Shown here: piece by piece, positions 8,763-19,131 of the stretch
Layout: each line of letters begins with the position of its first letter
How positions within the stretch are numbered: position 1 is the first letter of the stretch
IMG/VR virus record: IMGVR_UViG_3300027822_000294
Strand: one strand, 5' to 3'
Origin: a virus
Length of the DNA: 64,000 nt
Notes under the pieces: model-generated
Databases searched by the model: none
Told to the model about the DNA's origin: nothing
The model's input: the letters and a program-made list of their open reading frames with translations, nothing else
Program-made: the position numbers and the translations under genes

Positions 8763-9293
8763 TTAAATATCCCATGTTATTATATATTCAACATTTGGAA
8801 AACCTTTAGTTATCACAACTTTAGGATTTTTTACATTATACATCCCAAGTATCCCCAAATATACACCTTTACAAAGTTTTTGTGAAAAGTAGGGATTAGT
8901 GCCATGAATTACAACCCTGCCATTTATAGCTTCAACAAGTTTTTTTGGTCTTACCTCACGCCCTCTATGGTTTTTTAAAAATGTTTCTACTGAATATTTA
9001 AGCAAGTCTATTGGTGTTTTAATGTGGTTTGGCAATCCACCCATTCTTTTTATTTGAGGATACATACTTTTCCCTAAAGTAATTATTGCGTTTTCTTTTG
9101 TTATAGACGCTTCTGCGTATTTATCTATAAAAAGAGCAAACAATTTGGTATCATACCAACCTTCAGGATCTAGTTCGTTATAATGAAGCCCAACCCTTTT
9201 AAATAATTCATTATCAGCTTCTTTAAGACTATCTTTATATAATACCATTAACCTTCCACATAATATAATAAGTTTCCCTTTAGTTTCTGCCAC
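8763..9293 (-). CDS. V4R/HNOB-like small-ligand-binding-domain protein (tentative)
   Basis: GTG start with SD GAGGAGG inside the gp41 end. DPEGWY, NPY and KGVYLG pattern recalls V4R-like proteins. Confidence 0.45.
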   Translation of the reverse strand: MAETKGKLIILCGRLMVLYKDSLKEADNELFKRVGLHYNELDPEGWYDTKLFALFIDKYAEASITKENAIITLGKSMYPQIKRMGGLPNHIKTPIDLLKYSVETFLKNHRGREVRPKKLVEAINGRVVIHGTNPYFSQKLCKGVYLGILGMYNVKNPKVVITKGFPNVEYIITWDI

Positions 9294-9295
9294 GT

Positions 9296-10678
9296 TTAAC
9301 CCTCCTCTTGCAAAAGTTGTTTATAGTTTTTATTATTTTTTGGCATAGTAAAAGAATTAATGTCTTTATCATTTTCATTATCAATATTAAATAATCTTGA
9401 TTTTGACCTATCTATCCCAACTAAAAATTTTCTATGGAGGTAATCATCATTATACCGATTTTTTAATTGTTTTACCATTATTTGATTATTTTCTCTAAAT
9501 TCTTCATTATCAATAAAAGCTACATAAAAATCGGCTGTCTGTGGGATAGCATAAGACTCCCCTGTGTCTTCTAGCTCATAATCTGAACTATTACCTCTCT
9601 TGGTCTGTGTAGCTGTGAATAAAGGTACTTTATGCTCTACCGCAAATCCTCTTAACTCTTCAGCGACTTGTTTCCCATTGGAATATAAACCTACTGCTGG
9701 TCTTCTTGACGCACAAATATTTAAGTAATCAACAATAATAATCTCTGGTTTAAAATTTTTCTTAATTTTCAATTCTTTAAGCAAACTTTCAAAATGATTT
9801 ACGTTCCCTAATGATGTTGGATATTCCTTAATAAACAATTTTGATTTTAATTTTTGTTTTATTATATTAAATCTTGATTTATAGTCATCAACATTAAAAG
9901 CGTGTAATTCATTTTTCGTTACATTAAATATATTTTCATCAATCCTTTCAGCTATCTTATTCTCTGACATTTCAAGCGTGATATACAATACATTAAATCC
10001 TTGTCTTAAATAGTGCGAGGCTAAATGACAAAGAGTTATGGATTTACCAACTCCAGTCTTTGCCATAAATATATTGAGTGTTTTTTCTTCAAATCCCCCA
10101 TCTGTTATTAAATTTAATTCATCAATATCTGTAGGATATTTCTTTTCTTTATTTTTATATAAATTAAATCTCTGTTCAGCATCTTCGTTGTAATCATGTC
10201 CTACTGATGTGTCAAAAGTAACAGATAAAGCCTGTAACATCACATCTACAATATTATCTTTGGTTTCTTTTTTGCCATTTTCAGCAATATCTATACATTC
10301 TATCAAAGCATTATATACAGCTTTATCATAACAAAATTTCTCTGATTTTTGTATTAAATACTCTTCATCTAATTTGACTTCAAGATTATAAATTTCTTCA
10401 AGTAAAGTCTTTATATCTGTTATCTGTTTTTCATCAATAATTAGTATTTTATTTTCTTTTAAAAATGTATCATCTTCCAAGCATAATAAAATTGTTTCAA
10501 AAGATGGCGTATTACTATACCTTTCTGAATAGCTTTTTATTATAGAAAAAATTAGATGAACATTAAAATCCACCAAAAAATAATTCTTTTTAAGGAAAGG
10601 TAATACCATTCTTGCGTATCTGTCATCAGTAATAAGTTTATTTAAAATATAAAATTCAAATTTAATGTCTTTAATCAT
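9296..10678 (-). CDS. gp41: Replicative helicase gp41
   Basis: Walker A AKTGVGKS, LYITLEMSE, IVDYLNI, ATQT, QLKNRY. Confidence 0.93.
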   Translation of the reverse strand: MIKDIKFEFYILNKLITDDRYARMVLPFLKKNYFLVDFNVHLIFSIIKSYSERYSNTPSFETILLCLEDDTFLKENKILIIDEKQITDIKTLLEEIYNLEVKLDEEYLIQKSEKFCYDKAVYNALIECIDIAENGKKETKDNIVDVMLQALSVTFDTSVGHDYNEDAEQRFNLYKNKEKKYPTDIDELNLITDGGFEEKTLNIFMAKTGVGKSITLCHLASHYLRQGFNVLYITLEMSENKIAERIDENIFNVTKNELHAFNVDDYKSRFNIIKQKLKSKLFIKEYPTSLGNVNHFESLLKELKIKKNFKPEIIIVDYLNICASRRPAVGLYSNGKQVAEELRGFAVEHKVPLFTATQTKRGNSSDYELEDTGESYAIPQTADFYVAFIDNEEFRENNQIMVKQLKNRYNDDYLHRKFLVGIDRSKSRLFNIDNENDKDINSFTMPKNNKNYKQLLQEEG

Positions 10679-10698
10679 TATTATAACTCCATTATTTG

Positions 10699-11727
10699 TT
10701 ATACATTATTTTTATCGTTTAAATATTTCATTATAATAAAATTTTTTGCTTGTTTATTATATTTCTTTTTTGGATTTTCTAAATCTTTACTTTTATCAAT
10801 TTCCTGTAATCTTTTTTGTGTTATATTTATTGCCAACTCTCCATTATCACAACCAACCCAACAACGACCGAGTTTTTCAGCAACAGTAAGTGTCGTACCA
10901 CTACCACAGAAAAAATCCATTACTAAATCACCTTTATTTGTGGATACTTTTATTATCCTCTCTAAAAGTTTTTCGGGTTTTTGTGTTGGATAACCAATTA
11001 GTTCACTCCTATATTTTTCTGTTGCCCAAATATCTATCCACCAATCTTCTACTTTTTTACCCTTATTTTCTAATTCTTTTAACAACTCCTTATTTTTCCT
11101 TTCCTTGTTTTTAAACATGATTCCTGTATTACTTAAACCATGTTTATATGAAATATATTGAAGATTGAATAAATTATTTTTTGTTTTTGTATAAAATAGA
11201 ATATAATCGTGTTTTCTTGGAAAATATTTCATTACTTTTCCGGGTCCAGTATAGCACCAAACAATTTCATTTCTAAAATTCTTTTCACCAAAAATTTCAT
11301 CCATTAAAACCTTTATATAATGCCCTTTTCTATAATCTAAATGTACGAAAATACTACCATCATCAGATAAAATTTCTTTTGCTAAAATGAGTCTTCTTCT
11401 TAAAAACTCTATAAATTCTGCTCCTTGCAATTTATCTATATATGCTTTTTGTCCATCACTCCCTTTAAAATTATTTTTTGTTCCAAAAGGTGGGTCTATA
11501 TATATTAGTTTTACTTTATCTTTTATTTTATCTTTAATTAAAAAGTCTTTATTTTCGTAAATCGTTTTTAAAAATTGAAGATTATCACCAAAAACAAGTA
11601 TATCTTCCCATGACACATCACTATCATTATTAAAAGTTTTTTCTATTTGTAAAGAAACAGGAAATATACCATCTTTATTAGCAAATAAATCTTCTTTAAG
11701 TATTTTATTATTATATACCAAATCCAT
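10699..11727 (-). CDS. Orphan DNA amino-methyltransferase (beta class, N6_N4_Mtase)
   Basis: YIDPPF catalytic motif, YPTQKPEKLLERII, DFFCGSGTT. Confidence 0.9.
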   Translation of the reverse strand: MDLVYNNKILKEDLFANKDGIFPVSLQIEKTFNNDSDVSWEDILVFGDNLQFLKTIYENKDFLIKDKIKDKVKLIYIDPPFGTKNNFKGSDGQKAYIDKLQGAEFIEFLRRRLILAKEILSDDGSIFVHLDYRKGHYIKVLMDEIFGEKNFRNEIVWCYTGPGKVMKYFPRKHDYILFYTKTKNNLFNLQYISYKHGLSNTGIMFKNKERKNKELLKELENKGKKVEDWWIDIWATEKYRSELIGYPTQKPEKLLERIIKVSTNKGDLVMDFFCGSGTTLTVAEKLGRCWVGCDNGELAINITQKRLQEIDKSKDLENPKKKYNKQAKNFIIMKYLNDKNNV

Positions 11728-12770
11728 TATAAATTATTCCCGAAAATTTTTTGGACAAGTGGTTCAAGTGTTTTAAGAAATTCAGATGTAAAATATTTTT
11801 CTGGATTTTCGTTAATATGTTTTTCAAAAACTTTTTCGCCACTAGGAAATTCATACCTTGTAGATGTTTTTGTAATTAATCCAACTTCTTCAGCAATATT
11901 AACTAATCCATAATATCTATCAAGTGGTTTTCCGTATTTTAATAAAAGACTCACTTTTTTATTTTCTTTTGTAAATCTTGATTTATATGTTTTTGCAGAA
12001 AATATAATCCCTATAGTTTCTTTTGCTGTACTCCCTTTTAAATATTTTTTTGTAAGTTCTATTATACTACTTGAAGCATATTTTATTCCCATCCCTCCAG
12101 ATATTTCGTTTCTTGGAATATATGAACCAATGGCAGAATATGTGTGATTTGTTATTAAAAATGGTACATTTGCTTTGCCAAGATGAAGTGTCAACGTTCT
12201 AAACACGCCCTTTATCTTCTGTGCCCTTGTCATATCTCTTTTATCAGCACCTTTCATTGTGTCCTCTGTTTCTTTAGAAGTGGATAGCATGCCTAAACTG
12301 TCAAGACACAACATTAAAGGTGGTCTTTTTTGTTTTTTCTTTCCTTCTTCTTCTTCATCAAAATTATCGTAACAATCTAATACTTTTAAAATCTCTGAGC
12401 CTAATTCTTCAACCGTTGATACCTGTTGAATTATAAATCTTTTTGTATCAATACCTCTACTTACTAATAATTTATTTGTTAAAGCATTTTCTGTTTCAAA
12501 GTAATAAACAACCCCATCTTTTGATTGTTCTAAAAATGACCTACAAGCAGTCAATACAAGGAAGGTTTTGCCTGTTCCTTCTTGTCCAACAAGTGCTGTA
12601 ATTTTATTCTGTGGAATACCACCGAAAAGACTACCACTTAATAATACATTAAATGCGTAACTTCCTGAGTCTATGAACTTATTCGTATCTCCATAAATCC
12701 CTTCTGACGCAACATTAACAAAAGGATTTTCTGATATTTTAAGTAATTTGTCAATAAAACTTTCTGACAT
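11727..12770 (-). CDS. uvsX: RecA-like recombinase UvsX
   Basis: DSGSYAFN..LSG, GQEGTGKT, DSLGML, DMTRAQ, NHTY, SGGMG. Confidence 0.93.
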   Translation of the reverse strand: MSESFIDKLLKISENPFVNVASEGIYGDTNKFIDSGSYAFNVLLSGSLFGGIPQNKITALVGQEGTGKTFLVLTACRSFLEQSKDGVVYYFETENALTNKLLVSRGIDTKRFIIQQVSTVEELGSEILKVLDCYDNFDEEEEGKKKQKRPPLMLCLDSLGMLSTSKETEDTMKGADKRDMTRAQKIKGVFRTLTLHLGKANVPFLITNHTYSAIGSYIPRNEISGGMGIKYASSSIIELTKKYLKGSTAKETIGIIFSAKTYKSRFTKENKKVSLLLKYGKPLDRYYGLVNIAEEVGLITKTSTRYEFPSGEKVFEKHINENPEKYFTSEFLKTLEPLVQKIFGNNL

Positions 12771-12782
12771 TAAAACCTCCCA

Positions 12783-13754
12783 CTATAATATTTTTAATAT
12801 TTCTAAACCATTGCTTGCTAGACCACAACTATAATAGTTACCCATCATATAAAATCTAAAATCATCTGTCAACCTTAAATTATTATTTTGTTGCAACCCA
12901 TATAATAATATGGTTTCACCTTTATTTATATTCAACTCTTTAAATTTATTTAAAGAAAGTATGTCCATATCAGACATATTTTCAATATATTTAACATTTT
13001 TTATTTTTTTTAATACTTCATTCTTAAATCTTTCTACTGTTATTTTTTCCTTTAATTTTATTGATACCATAATATTAACAACATTTTGTGGAGTATTGAA
13101 AGAAACACTCCCTAAAATTGTAATTCTGGATTTAATATTTAATAACAGTTTTATTTCAGTTTGTAAACGCTTTTCTTCTGCTTGACAACATTTTGATTTT
13201 TTATTTATTGTTTCTGTATTAAATTTTATAAAAGAATTATCAAAATTATTTACAGAAACTAGAGGATTTTTAGTATTCGTTTCACATACTACCAATACTT
13301 TTATAATAACTCCAAAATTATGTTTAATGCCATTTAAAACTTTTGATATGATAATTCCCACACTAGACGGAGAACCTATAATTGGATAATCTTTCTCTAT
13401 TATATCAATGTTTTTAATTTTTGGTATGATTACAGGAATATTATTATATTCTTTAATATATTGTATATTACCTGTTATATCTAAAATTTTTATATCTTTA
13501 TTAGACAAAAAAATAGATAGATGTTCTTTTGATAAAAATTCTGATTGACAAATTATTATTATATTAGATTTATTTATTTTTCTTTTTTCAAAAAATTCTA
13601 TAGAAATATCATAACCTCTTAATTTTACTTTCATAATAATATCATTTTCTTTTTGTAAACAAAACAACCTAATATCATTATATAAAAATTTTTCTTTTTC
13701 AAGAATATCTAAAAAAGCTCCACCTAGCTCTGTATTTGCTCCTAACACTGCCAT
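12783..13754 (-). CDS. Degenerate Asd-like protein (probable pseudoenzyme)
   Basis: Collinear with Asd (VLGANTELG, IIGSPSS for IANPNC, EEKRLQTEIK..L, GLASNGLEI). Catalytic Cys and RVPV..H are absent. Confidence 0.7.
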   Translation of the reverse strand: MAVLGANTELGGAFLDILEKEKFLYNDIRLFCLQKENDIIMKVKLRGYDISIEFFEKRKINKSNIIIICQSEFLSKEHLSIFLSNKDIKILDITGNIQYIKEYNNIPVIIPKIKNIDIIEKDYPIIGSPSSVGIIISKVLNGIKHNFGVIIKVLVVCETNTKNPLVSVNNFDNSFIKFNTETINKKSKCCQAEEKRLQTEIKLLLNIKSRITILGSVSFNTPQNVVNIMVSIKLKEKITVERFKNEVLKKIKNVKYIENMSDMDILSLNKFKELNINKGETILLYGLQQNNNLRLTDDFRFYMMGNYYSCGLASNGLEILKIL

Positions 13755-13780
13755 GTTAAAAATATTTATTTCGACACCTC

Positions 13781-16375
13781 CTATCTTTTTAAAAATGTCA
13801 ACTGATTTTTGTTAAGGTGTTTGTTCATCATTATTAAATCCAACCCCAACACTTTTCCTATCATATCAATTTGTTCTACGAAAGTTTTTTCAAATTCTGT
13901 GTCATAGTCAATATAATTTATTAACTCAAACTCTTTGGGTATTTTTGAATGAAAAGCAATAACATTCATGTTCCAAATATTGGGTTTTAAATATACCATT
14001 TTTATCTTATCACCTTCTTTAATTTTATCGTATTTATTTTCAATTTTATAGTAATCTATTAAATGATTATAAAATAAAGCACCTTTTATATGAAATCCGC
14101 TCCCCTTTCTATATATCGTATTTTTATCTGAATATTTTTTTAAGTGATTGATTGATTTTGCCCTGCTTATTTCATTATGTGGAAGTTTTTTAAAAATAGT
14201 TTTAGTCTCTTTTATATATTTTTTTAAATCTATCTTTATATTGTCAATATTATCTTCTTCCGATAAAAAATATTCTTTTATGACATTTATTATTCTTTCT
14301 TTACAAAATGGTGGTATCCAAGAACTAATGGCAGATATACCTACCATTTTTAATTTCTTTTCTCTTATACCTTCATCATCAACAATAGATAATATATATC
14401 TTTTCTTTGCTAAAAATATCCCCTTATCTGCGATAACTTCTCTTTTCATTACAATTCTATTTTCATAACTATTTAATTTTATAGCAATTTTTTTAGCGTC
14501 CTGAACAATTATTTTTTGTATCTCTGGTGAAACTTTTTTATCTAAAAAATTTATAATCTTTTCTTTACCCTTTAACTTTAATTTTTCTATAAATTCATCA
14601 AATCTAACATAAATTGAGTCTGTGTCCATAGCAACAATATAATCTTCTTTTTCTTTATTTAGAATAGTTTTAATATAATTATTTACACTATTTTCTATGC
14701 TCTTTATTATATATTGCCCGGTAGATGTTACGCTTTCAGCAAGTTTAATATTAAAGAATTTAAACCATATACAACCTAAAGCTCCGTACAAAGAATTTAA
14801 TTGTATTTTTTTAATATGTTGATAGCTGGAATAATAATCCGCTCTAATTTTATATTTTTCTAATTTAGTATCAATATATTTTTTATTATTATCTTTACTC
14901 AATCTTTTACATCTTTGACGTTCTTTATAAATTTCCTTTATTAACGTTGGAAGTATTCCACAAGTTTCTTTTGTATATTCAACAGAATTAAGAGTAAATG
15001 TAACATTTTTTTCTTTTAGATATTCATTTCTTGTTTTTATTTCTTCTTCGCTTTCATTTTCAATATCATTCGGGTTTATTATTTTACTATATTCTTGTGG
15101 ACAATATGTCTCAAACGAAATATTTTGCTGGACAATTATATTAGGATAAAGTGAGTCAATATCAAACGCCATTATCCATAAATATTTGTTGGGGATAACT
15201 TCTTTGACATAAGCACCAATATATTCACTGTCTTCATTATTAGTATATGTATTATATAACATTACTAATTTATGTTTTTTATAATATTTGAATATAATCT
15301 GTTCCCACATCTTTGTTGGGAGTAATACATTATCGTAAGGCATAACAGCGTCATAAATTAAATGTAGTACCATATCCATAAATTTTAATTTTTTATCTAA
15401 TTTATTAACCAAAGCAACATCTTGAATATTATATTTAACATATAAATCATAATTTTCTTCGTATAAGTTATTTAAACTGAGATAATCATTACTATATTCA
15501 ATCTTTCCTTCGCCCAATTCTATTTGTGAAATACTATCCAAAGAGTATGAAGGTCTATTTTTAAATATATATTTTTTATATATAGATAAATAATCAAATA
15601 TTGTAACACCTGCTATTGTATAATATTTTGTAATTTGTTTTGTTCCAAATACATATTGGGATTTTGTATGTTCTTTAATAACTCCCCAAGAACTTAGCCC
15701 TAACCATAAATTTTTATATGCTGTAGAAAATTTAAAAACTCTTTTCATCCGGTTAATTAAGTATGTTATATCAAAATCTCCAACATTCCATCCAGTTACA
15801 ATATCTACGTTTAAAGATTGCCATACTTCAATAAATTTTTTTAATAATTCTTTTTCATCTTTACAAAAAATATAAGTGGTATCTTCTTCAATAGATTTAT
15901 CCTGTATGGGTCTCAATCCAAGTGTTATAAATTTTTCATCATCACCTTTATATAAATTGCCTAGCGTGATAAGACATAATGGAGCGAGTGCGTCTTCCGG
16001 TTTAGGAAAACCATCTTGCGATACAACTTCTATATCTATATTGATTATATTAAGACAAGGTTTAATTTTTTCTACATCAAATTTTGTTTCAGCGTAATTA
16101 TCTGCTAACCAACATGACCTAAAATCTTTATTCCCATACAACTTATAATTAGAAATATCTTGATATTTCTTAACATAAGCATAATAATCATAAATTGATG
16201 TGAATGTATGTTTTTTTAATTTGTGTTTTGTGATAGGCTCATAATAAAAACCTTCGTTATCTTCCATAAAAATTGATGGTTCATATTTAACCTTTGTATA
16301 TACATCTTTATTATTTTTATATTCTTTAGTTAATAAATAATTTTTTTCTAAAAAAACATTTTTATAAAACTTCAT
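13781..16375 (-). CDS. gp43: Family B DNA polymerase gp43
   Basis: IDIEV exonuclease motif, DIDSLYP, KIQLNSLYG, DTDSIY. SD GGAGGTG favours a start at 16375. Confidence 0.95.
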   Translation of the reverse strand: MKFYKNVFLEKNYLLTKEYKNNKDVYTKVKYEPSIFMEDNEGFYYEPITKHKLKKHTFTSIYDYYAYVKKYQDISNYKLYGNKDFRSCWLADNYAETKFDVEKIKPCLNIINIDIEVVSQDGFPKPEDALAPLCLITLGNLYKGDDEKFITLGLRPIQDKSIEEDTTYIFCKDEKELLKKFIEVWQSLNVDIVTGWNVGDFDITYLINRMKRVFKFSTAYKNLWLGLSSWGVIKEHTKSQYVFGTKQITKYYTIAGVTIFDYLSIYKKYIFKNRPSYSLDSISQIELGEGKIEYSNDYLSLNNLYEENYDLYVKYNIQDVALVNKLDKKLKFMDMVLHLIYDAVMPYDNVLLPTKMWEQIIFKYYKKHKLVMLYNTYTNNEDSEYIGAYVKEVIPNKYLWIMAFDIDSLYPNIIVQQNISFETYCPQEYSKIINPNDIENESEEEIKTRNEYLKEKNVTFTLNSVEYTKETCGILPTLIKEIYKERQRCKRLSKDNNKKYIDTKLEKYKIRADYYSSYQHIKKIQLNSLYGALGCIWFKFFNIKLAESVTSTGQYIIKSIENSVNNYIKTILNKEKEDYIVAMDTDSIYVRFDEFIEKLKLKGKEKIINFLDKKVSPEIQKIIVQDAKKIAIKLNSYENRIVMKREVIADKGIFLAKKRYILSIVDDEGIREKKLKMVGISAISSWIPPFCKERIINVIKEYFLSEEDNIDNIKIDLKKYIKETKTIFKKLPHNEISRAKSINHLKKYSDKNTIYRKGSGFHIKGALFYNHLIDYYKIENKYDKIKEGDKIKMVYLKPNIWNMNVIAFHSKIPKEFELINYIDYDTEFEKTFVEQIDMIGKVLGLDLIMMNKHLNKNQLTFLKR

Positions 16376-16433
16376 AAAACACCTCCCATTCACATAATAA
16401 TATTCTTTTTACGCAACAAGTCAAGTCATAATT

Positions 16434-17024
16434 CTACATCAGTTTTACTTCGTTTTTATTGCCATGTTCCCGATAGCTAATATGAACCCAACTATTGCCT
16501 TTTTTTGGAGTTTCTAAAATAAGTTGATTAAATTTTAAATTAGTTTTACACCATTCAAACAATTCTTTAATATCTACACCTTCAACAACTATATCTGACG
16601 CTCTACCGATAAGATGTTCACTTGTTGAAGTTCCTTCAGCCAATTTATTAACTTTTGGACATCTATATCCAGAAGTTATATAAACTGGTTTATCAAAATT
16701 TTCTCTAATAGGGTCTAAACAATGTTCTGTTAATAACATTATATTTTCTATAACAGATTGATTTTTTGTTTTATTATCAATATTATGTGTTATAGCTATT
16801 TTTGACCTAAAAAATTCATATAATTTAAAATGTTTACCAACTTTAATCTTAAAAAAATCCTCATCATTATTTTTAATAGACTGTTGCTCTCCTTTAGTTA
16901 CAACCTTTCTATTCACTAAAAACATTATAAAATCATCAATAAAAAGATTTATTTTAAACACATAAGAAACAAATAATTTCCAATTTGAAAATAATATTAC
17001 AGCTATTTTCTTGTATTCTGACAT
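16434..17024 (-). CDS. Peptidase M15A endolysin-like
   Basis: ITSGYRC..VN, SEHLIGRASDI, WVHIS zinc-peptidase motifs. Confidence 0.85.
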   Translation of the reverse strand: MSEYKKIAVILFSNWKLFVSYVFKINLFIDDFIMFLVNRKVVTKGEQQSIKNNDEDFFKIKVGKHFKLYEFFRSKIAITHNIDNKTKNQSVIENIMLLTEHCLDPIRENFDKPVYITSGYRCPKVNKLAEGTSTSEHLIGRASDIVVEGVDIKELFEWCKTNLKFNQLILETPKKGNSWVHISYREHGNKNEVKLM

Positions 17025-17027
17025 CTT

Positions 17028-17450
17028 TTATCCTCCCATTTTGTTTAAGCTAACACAACACAAAACCATATTTTTAGTTAAAATAGTTTGTTCTACTTCT
17101 TTATTTATAATATAAACAGATAAGGGATTTTCTTTTAAAATATCAGGTTCAAAATATTGTGGTATAACTTCAAGATGATTTGCAAGATATTGATTAACAC
17201 AACTAAATGCTTGTAATATACAATTTTCGGGTATTTTCGTAAACATATATCCAGTAGATATTAGTGCCTTTTCATGTTGTCGTAACATTATAAAATCATT
17301 ATTTACAACATAATTTAATACTCTATTATATTTATCCAACAATAAAATTTTATCATCTAAATTAAAATGAGGATAAAAGTAATAACAATGTTCAGTTGGA
17401 AAAGTTTTAAAATAATCCTTTACACCTACATCAATTTTTGTTATTTCCAT
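17028..17450 (-). CDS. dUTPase-fold-like protein, degenerate (tentative)
   Basis: LRQHEKALISTGYMFTKIPEN resembles the dUTPase L.P.ERALIPTG..F.IP segment. RSG, GxIDxDY and R..GGFGST motifs are absent. Confidence 0.4.
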   Translation of the reverse strand: MEITKIDVGVKDYFKTFPTEHCYYFYPHFNLDDKILLLDKYNRVLNYVVNNDFIMLRQHEKALISTGYMFTKIPENCILQAFSCVNQYLANHLEVIPQYFEPDILKENPLSVYIINKEVEQTILTKNMVLCCVSLNKMGG

Positions 17451-17509
17451 GATTTTTAAACTCCTGTAATTCTTATGTTTTCTGACTTTTTATGATATTT
17501 CCCCAAGTT

Positions 17510-18642
17510 ATGGTTGCCCTTCCTATAAAATTTTATAGAATTGGCTTTTGTAAGGCATGGACATCATATTGTCCCATGTGTAATATATTAAGTGAAGCAT
17601 TATAATCGGCATCACTCTCAAAATTACAAGAAACACAACAAAAAAGCTCATTCTTTCTGCTTTTCTTATGTATCTCTCCACAACAACTACATCTTTGACT
17701 TGTATATTGAGGTGGGATTTTCTTAAATAAAATTCCACTCTCTTCACACAACATAGCGAGCTTTCTCAAACATTGAGAATACACCCACCGTTGAAGTCGA
17801 TTGTTAAACTTTTTATGTATTTTGCCTTTAGATTTATGTTTAACATTTTTTAAATCTTCGACATATAAACTTTTAACATTTATTAAATCTAAACTTTTAC
17901 ATGATAAATTAACTAGCTCATCACGTTCTATTAAAGCACGTTTAAAAGCCTTACTACCTTGTTTCTTTCTTGATATTTTTTCATAAATTTTATTATCACC
18001 TATAAATTCTTTATCTGAACTTACAATCAATTTTTTATATCCTATATCAACAGCTTTTTGTTTACCTTTAGTTTTTATTATGGGAGCTTCTTTTTCAAAA
18101 ATTATATCAGCAAAATAACCTTTTTCATTTATTCTTAATCTAATTGATTTTTTAATTGTCCATCCGTCTTGTAAAAATTTATTAAAATGTATATGCTTTT
18201 TGGATGGTAAATTAAGACTAAATCTTTTACCAAACTTATTATCAATTTTATTACTAACAGTTAAAAGTTTAACCCAAATATCAAAAGAATTTATATCTTG
18301 TGTAATTTTAATAACTCTTGAATCAAGTTCCATTATAAGTTTATTTAATGTAGGTTTAGATTTTTTCTTTTTCTTACGTTGTGGTTTAATAATAGAAAGA
18401 GCATGTTTTGAAGCTGTTTGTTTTAAACAAGCGGATAACCAACTATCAACAGTTGTATCTTTGACAAAACTGCCTGAAAATTGTTGCTGTTCCCAAAGTC
18501 TATCTATAAATATATTAACAACTCTTTGATATTCTTCAGCAATTATCTTTAATTTTTCAAGTTTACCTTTATTAACAAATTTAAGATTTATTGTTGACTT
18601 TCTTATCATCTTTATTAAACCTCTTAATATATTCTATTTATA
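17510..18642 (-). mobile_element. tnpB-only element between regA and the dUTPase-like gene
   Basis: Right end GCAACCAT at 17517-17510. TATAAATA at 18635-18642 on the left side. Confidence 0.7.
17533..18609 (-). CDS. tnpB: TnpB-family nuclease (copy 2, full length)
   Basis: 358 aa. AVDIGYK, VEDLKNV, DADYNAS and zinc ribbon are intact. Confidence 0.92.
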   Translation of the reverse strand: MIRKSTINLKFVNKGKLEKLKIIAEEYQRVVNIFIDRLWEQQQFSGSFVKDTTVDSWLSACLKQTASKHALSIIKPQRKKKKKSKPTLNKLIMELDSRVIKITQDINSFDIWVKLLTVSNKIDNKFGKRFSLNLPSKKHIHFNKFLQDGWTIKKSIRLRINEKGYFADIIFEKEAPIIKTKGKQKAVDIGYKKLIVSSDKEFIGDNKIYEKISRKKQGSKAFKRALIERDELVNLSCKSLDLINVKSLYVEDLKNVKHKSKGKIHKKFNNRLQRWVYSQCLRKLAMLCEESGILFKKIPPQYTSQRCSCCGEIHKKSRKNELFCCVSCNFESDADYNASLNILHMGQYDVHALQKPIL

Positions 18643-18660
18643 AAATAACTCATTTTTATA

Positions 18661-19131
18661 CTACTTATTCTCTACCTTTTTATGATATTTGCCAAGATTA
18701 TATTTCTCTATCAGTTCATAATTATCTTTTTCCTTAAAGGGTATAATATCTATGTTAATTTTTTGTAATTTATCTCCAACTTCTTCTATCTGTTGTTTAT
18801 CTTTCGGTATTAACAACCCCCACTTTTCTAATAATTTTATAATCAACAACTTTCTCATTATATCATACTCTTGAATTTTTACCTCTTTGCCATCTAAACC
18901 AAATAATTCTTTAAAATGGACAATATAATATTTACCACGTTTAAATAAAATATGACAACTCTGATATAATTTCATATTCTTTTTAATTCCCATTCGACTC
19001 AATGTTTCTTTAATCTTTAAAAAGTTTTCGTTTGATGTTAATTCCACTTCACAAAAGGTTTCTGTAATAAGTTTTTCCAAATTAGTTTTCACCAAATTAG
19101 TTTTCCCTTCCAAATTAGTTTTTTGTTCCAT
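18661..19131 (-). CDS. regA: Translational repressor RegA
   Basis: FLKIKETLSRMGI, LYQSCHILFKRGKYYIVHFKELFGLDG. Confidence 0.93.
   Translation of the reverse strand: MEQKTNLEGKTNLVKTNLEKLITETFCEVELTSNENFLKIKETLSRMGIKKNMKLYQSCHILFKRGKYYIVHFKELFGLDGKEVKIQEYDIMRKLLIIKLLEKWGLLIPKDKQQIEEVGDKLQKINIDIIPFKEKDNYELIEKYNLGKYHKKVENK

Noticed and set aside
7748-9293. Host-chromosome contamination or prophage boundary at asd
   Set aside because: asd and its neighbour are AT-rich and translationally coupled to gp41, with phage promoters right after. Read mapping would still be needed for certainty.
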